Positions 46,328 through 51,083 of a stretch of DNA of 51,083 nucleotides are shown here, piece by piece. The notes beneath the pieces were generated by a model. That model did no database searches and was not told where the DNA came from. It saw only the letters and a list, made by a program, of their open reading frames with translations. Positions within the stretch are counted from its first letter, which is position 1. Each line of letters begins with the position of its first letter. The position numbers and the translations under genes were made by a program. The stretch is taken from contig CAYQLK010000001.1 of the NCBI GenBank assembly GCA_964418515.1, positions 42,542 to 93,624 of the forward strand, given 5' to 3'. The stretch comes from an uncultured Gammaproteobacteria bacterium. Its GTDB lineage: Bacteria; Patescibacteriota; Microgenomatia; CAYQLK01.

Positions 46328-47959
46328 TTGGTGGTCAAAAAACCTAGAAAATACATTTTTGTTTCTGGTGGTGTTATTTCCGGAGTCGGAAAAGGTATAA
46401 CGACCGCTTCAATCAGTTTACTTCTCAAAAGTCACGGTTATAAAGTTTCCCCATTCAAATGCGATCCATACATTAATGTTGACGCTGGCACCATGAATCC
46501 TACTGAACATGGTGAGGTGTTTGTCACAGATGATGGAGCCGAAACAGATCAAGATCTTGGCAACTACGAGAGATTCTTAAATGAAAACTTGTCAAAACTT
46601 AATTTCACTACTACCGGCAAGGTTTATTCAGAAATCATAGCCAGAGAACGCAGACTAGAATTTGAAGGTCGTTGTGTTGAGGTTGTACCTGACGTACCAA
46701 ATCAAATTATTAGCCAAATTGACCTGCTTGCTGACAAATCCAAAGCAGATATTGTAGTTATAGAAATAGGTGGTACGGTCGGTGAATATCAAAACACGCT
46801 TTTTTTAGAAGCCAATAGAATTCTTAAACTTTTGCACCCTAAAGATGTTGTGCATATACATGTTGGATATTTGCCCACCCCCAAGTCGATTGGTGAAATG
46901 AAGTCAAAACCAATTCAGCAATCAGTAAGAATGCTTAATTCTTTCGGGCTTCAGCCAGACTTTTTGATTTGCAGGTCAGAATTTCCCATGGATCAAAAAC
47001 GCAAAGACAAACTTTCCCTTTTTTGCAACATGATTCCGGAAAATATTATTTCCAATCCCGATGTTGAATCAATTTATGATATTCCGATAATTCTCAACTC
47101 TCAAAAATTTTGTAATCAAATACTTAAAAAATTATTCTTAAAAAAGAAAAATTCCAAGATTGCCGCTTGGGAAAAATATGTACAAAAAACCAAAAATCCC
47201 AAAAAAACCATTAACATAGCCGTCGTCGGAAAATATTTTAATACTGGAGATTTCAACTTGTCTGATTCGTATATCTCAGTAATCGAAGCAATTAAACACG
47301 CCGGAGTTGCCAACTCTGTTGCTGTTAAACTTTCTTGGATTGACTCACAAACTCTCGATTCGGATAAAAAAACCAAAGAGGTTCTTTCTGAATTTAGCGG
47401 TATTGTAGTACCTGGTGGTTTCGGTGTACGAGGTGTGGATGGAATAATTAGAGCGATAAAGTATGCCCGAACAGAAAACGTTCCTTATCTTGGTCTTTGT
47501 TATGGGCTTCATTTGGCTGTTGTGGAATTTTGTAGGAATGTTTTAGGTATTAGTGACGCCGACACAACAGAAATAAGTCCCAAGACTAAAAACCCTGTTA
47601 TCGATATTATGGAAACCCAAAAAATCAAACTTGCTAAGGCTGAAATGGGCAACTCAATGAGATTAGGATTATATAAGTGTAAATTATCCCCATTAAGCCT
47701 TGCAAAAAAACTTTATAACAAAGGCATAATTTTTGAGCGCCACCGACACAGGTATGAAGTTAACAACTCTTATGTCAACAAATTCACCAAAGCCGGTCTT
47801 GAGGTCAGTGGAATTAATCCTGAGACAGGTCTTGTTGAAATTATCGAAATTCCAACTCATCCATTTTTTATTGCAAGTCAATTTCACCCTGAGCTGTTAT
47901 CGAGGCCGCTTTCGCCTCATCCAATGTTTGTAGGTTTTATAAAATCAGCGATTAAATAA
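46328..47959 (+). CDS. pyrG: CTP synthase
   Basis: 543-aa ORF with KYIFVSGGVISGVGKGI, DPYINVDAGTMNP, a glutaminase domain containing GLCYGLH, and HRHRYEVN. Non-ATG start (TTG 46328 or GTG 46331). Confidence 0.97.
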   Translation: MVVKKPRKYIFVSGGVISGVGKGITTASISLLLKSHGYKVSPFKCDPYINVDAGTMNPTEHGEVFVTDDGAETDQDLGNYERFLNENLSKLNFTTTGKVYSEIIARERRLEFEGRCVEVVPDVPNQIISQIDLLADKSKADIVVIEIGGTVGEYQNTLFLEANRILKLLHPKDVVHIHVGYLPTPKSIGEMKSKPIQQSVRMLNSFGLQPDFLICRSEFPMDQKRKDKLSLFCNMIPENIISNPDVESIYDIPIILNSQKFCNQILKKLFLKKKNSKIAAWEKYVQKTKNPKKTINIAVVGKYFNTGDFNLSDSYISVIEAIKHAGVANSVAVKLSWIDSQTLDSDKKTKEVLSEFSGIVVPGGFGVRGVDGIIRAIKYARTENVPYLGLCYGLHLAVVEFCRNVLGISDADTTEISPKTKNPVIDIMETQKIKLAKAEMGNSMRLGLYKCKLSPLSLAKKLYNKGIIFERHRHRYEVNNSYVNKFTKAGLEVSGINPETGLVEIIEIPTHPFFIASQFHPELLSRPLSPHPMFVGFIKSAIK

Positions 47960-47966
47960 AATCCGA

Positions 47967-47996
47967 TTGTAATTTTTGCCAAATTTTTGGCATAAT
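47967..47996 (+). promoter_or_regulatory. Candidate extended -10 promoter for ileS
   Basis: TTGTAA (47967-47972), an 18-nt spacer, then TGgCATAAT (47988-47996), 37 nt upstream of the ileS ATG. Overlaps the 16-nt palindrome TGCCAAATTTTTGGCA (47977-47992). Confidence 0.3.
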
Positions 47997-48032
47997 CAGC
48001 CACACACCAAAGTAACCAAACCAATTTAATTA

Positions 48033-50843
48033 ATGAAAAAATCCAAACTGCCATCCAACCAAAACTTTATTGAGTTAGAAAAAGAAGTTTTAGATTTTTG
48101 GTACAAATTCGGCATTATTGATAAATACCTTCACAAAAACGACTCATCCAGTCAAACATTTTCATTCATTGACGGCCCAATCACTGCCAACAACAAAATG
48201 GGTGTCCATCACGGATGGGGCAGAACATATAAAGATGTTTTTCAGAGATTTCACACGCTCCTTGGTCAGGCCCAAAGATATCAAAACGGGTTTGACTGTC
48301 AAGGTTTGTGGGTCGAAGTCGAGGTGGAAAAAGAGTTAGGTTTTAAGAACAAAAAAGATATTGAAGCCTATGGAATCGATAATTTTGTAGAAAAATGCAA
48401 AGAGAGAGTAATTAAATACGCTCACACAATCACAGAACAAAGTAAAAGACTGGGATATTTAATGGATTGGGAAAACTCTTATTTCACTATGTCTGAGGAG
48501 AACAATTACGCGATTTGGAATTTCTTAAAAGTTTGTAATGAAAAAGGTTGGATTTACAAAGGGCGTGATGCGGTACCTTGGTGTCCACGTTGTGGAACTG
48601 CCATTTCTCAACACGAAATATTGTCAGAAGAATATCAAAATGTTACTCATAAATCGATATTTTTTGTACTTCCAATCAAAAACGAGAATAAAAAACTACT
48701 TGTTTGGACAACCACGCCTTGGACTATTCCAGGTAACGTCGCTGTCGCGGTCCATCCCGACCTAGACTATGTTGAAGCAGAATTTGAAGGCGTTATTTAT
48801 ATAATTTCCAAAAAAATAGCCAACAAGATAATTCCCAAACACAAGGTAATAAAGGAGTTTAAAGGTAAGGAATTAATTGACCTTGAGTACATAGCACCAT
48901 TCGACGACCTTAAACTATTAACCGGAGTTACCCATAAAATAATTCCTGCTCCAGATTTAGTCACCGAAACAGAGGGTACAGGGCTTGTTCATATTGCCCC
49001 AGGCGCTGGAATGGAAGACTTTGCGCTTAGCAAACAACTCGACCTTCCTGTTATTAATCTAATTGGTGAAGATGCGGTTTATAATTCTGACCTTGATTAT
49101 CTAAGCGGCAAAAATGCTAAAGAAAACCCCGAGTTAATAATTGAGTTATTAACCGATAGGGAATTTTTGTTCAAAGCTCTTGATTACACTCACAGATATC
49201 CTAACTGTTGGCGATGCAAAACCGAGTTAGTTTTTAGGGTTGTCGACGAGTGGTACATCTCAATGGATACTCCTGATCAATCAGGCAAAACTTTCCGCGA
49301 ACAAATAGTTGAAAGCACCAAGATGGCGCATTGGATGCCGGAGTGGGGATTGTATCGTGAACTGGACTGGCTCAAAAATATGCATGATTGGTTGATTTCC
49401 AAAAAAAGATACTGGGGTTTGGCTCTACCGATTTATGAATGTTCGTCTTGTGATAGTTTTGAAGTGGTTGGTTCAAAAGACGAATTACAGCAAAAATCAG
49501 TTTCAGGCTGGAGTGATTTTGAGGGCAATACTCCGCACCGCCCATATATTGATAAAGTCCAAATCAGTTGTACAAAATGTGGCAACCCCATCAAAAGAAT
49601 TCCCGATGTCGGCAATCCTTGGCTTGACGCAGGTATCGTTCCAATGGCCACACTAAAATATGACACCGACAAAGAATACTTTGAAAAATGGTTCCCAGCT
49701 GACTTTGTGGTTGAAGGATTCCCTGGTCAATTTAAAAACTGGTTTTATTCACTTCTTGCCATGTCGACAGTTTTAACTGGCAAATCTCCTTTTAAGAATC
49801 TGCTTGGTCACGGTAATGTTCAGGACGAGTTTGGAAAAGAAATGCACAAAAGTTCAGGTAATGCTATTTGGTTCGACGACGCAGCTGAAGAAATGGGTTC
49901 AGACATAATGCGAGTTATGTATTCCTTAAGTAATCCAGAACTTAATCTTAAGTTTGGTTACAAAAACGCTTCTGACATCAAAAGACGATTCTATCTGATT
50001 CTCTGGAACTCCTTTCTCTTCTATTACAACAATGAACAGGCAGCCAAAAAAGGTCACGTCTCCGACAGTATATTAGATGTGTGGATCTTATCTCAACTAG
50101 ACACTTTAACCAACTACTGTAAAAATTATTTAGAAAAATTCGATTCCGCATCAGCTATTAAATTAATCGAAAAATTTGTAGTCAACGATCTTTCTGGTTG
50201 GTATATCAGATTATCCAGAAAAAGAGCTGAAAACCCAGATACTTCAACAGACGTACTCACCACACTCAATCAGGTTTTTACAAGCCTTTCGATAATTTTT
50301 TCACCATTTGCGCCTTTTATCTCAGAAAAAATTTACCAACTTACCTCTGATAATGAGTCTGTTTTGCTAGCCGATTGGCCAAGTGAAAGTAAGACCACAA
50401 ATAAAGCTAGTGAAATCAATCAAAATATTATTCTTACCAGAAGTTTGGTGGAATTTGGACATTCACTTAGAAAAAGCTTGGGTGTAAAGGTTCGCCAGAC
50501 AGTAGATGCAGAGTATCAAGTAAAAGCCAAACTTGATCCAATATATGAAGAAATGTTGTCCGCTGAACTTAATATCCGCCATCTTTCCTACTCGCCAAGT
50601 AACGAAATTGGAGTAAAAATTAACGATAATTACAAAATTGACAAAGAACTAATTGCACTCGGTCTTGCCAGAGATTTAATTAGAGAAATTCAAACCTTAA
50701 GAAAAAATCTTCGTCTCACGAAAGATCAGCGAATAAAAATTACTGCCACAACTTGGCCCGAAGACCAAATAGACTCAATTCTAACCGCAACATCTGCTGA
50801 TTCCATCAGTGTTGGTGATGAGTTAAAAATCGAACTTCTTTAG
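48033..50843 (+). CDS. ileS: Isoleucine--tRNA ligase
   Basis: 936-aa class I synthetase. TTTPWTIPGNVAVAVHPD is the IleRS CP1 editing hallmark. Also WCPRCGTAISQHE and CWRCKTELVFR zinc knuckles, a HIGH-region variant VHHGWGRTYKD and a KMSKS-region variant KEMHKSSGN. Confidence 0.88.
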   Translation: MKKSKLPSNQNFIELEKEVLDFWYKFGIIDKYLHKNDSSSQTFSFIDGPITANNKMGVHHGWGRTYKDVFQRFHTLLGQAQRYQNGFDCQGLWVEVEVEKELGFKNKKDIEAYGIDNFVEKCKERVIKYAHTITEQSKRLGYLMDWENSYFTMSEENNYAIWNFLKVCNEKGWIYKGRDAVPWCPRCGTAISQHEILSEEYQNVTHKSIFFVLPIKNENKKLLVWTTTPWTIPGNVAVAVHPDLDYVEAEFEGVIYIISKKIANKIIPKHKVIKEFKGKELIDLEYIAPFDDLKLLTGVTHKIIPAPDLVTETEGTGLVHIAPGAGMEDFALSKQLDLPVINLIGEDAVYNSDLDYLSGKNAKENPELIIELLTDREFLFKALDYTHRYPNCWRCKTELVFRVVDEWYISMDTPDQSGKTFREQIVESTKMAHWMPEWGLYRELDWLKNMHDWLISKKRYWGLALPIYECSSCDSFEVVGSKDELQQKSVSGWSDFEGNTPHRPYIDKVQISCTKCGNPIKRIPDVGNPWLDAGIVPMATLKYDTDKEYFEKWFPADFVVEGFPGQFKNWFYSLLAMSTVLTGKSPFKNLLGHGNVQDEFGKEMHKSSGNAIWFDDAAEEMGSDIMRVMYSLSNPELNLKFGYKNASDIKRRFYLILWNSFLFYYNNEQAAKKGHVSDSILDVWILSQLDTLTNYCKNYLEKFDSASAIKLIEKFVVNDLSGWYIRLSRKRAENPDTSTDVLTTLNQVFTSLSIIFSPFAPFISEKIYQLTSDNESVLLADWPSESKTTNKASEINQNIILTRSLVEFGHSLRKSLGVKVRQTVDAEYQVKAKLDPIYEEMLSAELNIRHLSYSPSNEIGVKINDNYKIDKELIALGLARDLIREIQTLRKNLRLTKDQRIKITATTWPEDQIDSILTATSADSISVGDELKIELL

Positions 50844-50852
50844 AGTAGAGCA

Positions 50853-51083
50853 AATGCTATCAATTAGATATATTTTCACCACACTCTTACCTTTTGCGGC
50901 CATATTATTATTGGGTGTATTGGGAGTCGCTAGTACCGAACCAGAACTTTTACCCAATCAAATTACATATTACGTTTTAGGTTTGGCTACGATTTTCTTT
51001 TTCACTTTTGTCGACTCAAGCTTAATCAAAAAATTCTCGCCATATTTTTTCATACTTGTCGTTATTTTTTTAATTGCCGTTTT
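50853..51083 (+). CDS. 5' part of a polytopic membrane protein, possibly a second SEDS (RodA/FtsW-like) protein (partial, runs off window)
   Basis: The ATG at 50853 opens a frame with no stop to the window end: MLSIRYIFTTLLPFAAILLLGVLGVASTEPELLPNQITYYVLGLATIFFFTFVDSSLIKKFSPYFFILVVIFLIAV. The pattern of TM1, short loop, TM2, then a helix starting at PYFF resembles SEDS N-termini. Not in the ORF track because it is open-ended. Confidence 0.4.

Noticed and set aside
48207-48218. IleRS signature motifs deviate: the HIGH region reads H-H-G-W (48207-48218) and the KMSKS region reads E-M-H-K-S (49839-49853). Possible inactive synthetase.
   Set aside because: The rest of the enzyme, including the TTTPWT editing hallmark and the zinc knuckles, is intact over 936 aa. 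The outer positions of both class I signatures are known to vary. No second ileS is visible for comparison, so I treat this as lineage divergence.
1-51083. Possible alternative genetic code (UGA or UAG recoding, as in some uncultivated lineages).
   Set aside because: All conserved genes (ftsZ, pyrG, ileS, glyQS, mraY and others) read full length with standard stops. TGA, TAA and TAG all terminate genes at expected lengths, so the standard bacterial code fits.
1-51083. Search for CRISPR arrays, transposases/integrases, tRNA/rRNA genes, toxin-antitoxin pairs or known defence-system signatures.
   Set aside because: Coding density is near-complete. Every ORF above about 100 aa is accounted for by glycan-synthesis, cell-envelope/division or housekeeping functions. 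No spaced direct-repeat arrays, terminal inverted repeats or RNA-gene-like regions were found by eye.

Overview
AT-rich, almost gap-free bacterial window. All ~45 genes I can call lie on the + strand, and many have start/stop overlaps of 4-26 nt (one apparent 56 nt). Left half (51-28229): a 24-gene envelope-glycan assembly supercluster. It holds 6 GT2, 7 GT4 and 6 polytopic GT-C-type membrane glycosyltransferases (YfhO-, ArnT/PMT- and PIG-V-like). It also holds a Wzy_C (O-antigen ligase/polymerase-like) protein, a hexapeptide acetyltransferase, mannose-1-phosphate guanylyltransferase, a small initiating phosphoglycosyl transferase and a DUF4012-like anchored protein. I cannot recognise a flippase, ABC exporter, chain-length regulator or polyprenyl-phosphate-sugar synthase by eye. 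This is my best candidate for an undescribed system. Right half: recO, an orphan membrane-anchored protein, glyQS, then a dcw cluster in the order mraZ-rsmH-ftsL-ftsI-murE-murB-murF-mraY-murD-ftsW-murG-ftsQ-ftsA-ftsZ. The cluster is preceded by a TTGACA promoter candidate and a strictly 10-bp-phased ATGGT repeat array (candidate MraZ operator). It is followed by pyrG, ileS and the 5' end of a second SEDS-family gene. Other notable points: MurE and MurF lack the N-terminal domain; the MurB homologue has substitutions at the canonical catalytic Ser and Glu positions (by-eye alignment); murC and ddl are absent from the cluster; Shine-Dalgarno motifs are nearly absent; and G+C is visibly lower in the glycan cluster than in the housekeeping half. 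I saw no rRNA, tRNA, CRISPR array, transposase/integrase or recognisable defence genes. The compact one-strand style and gene content fit a small-genome uncultivated lineage (CPR/Patescibacteria-like), but that is inference only.
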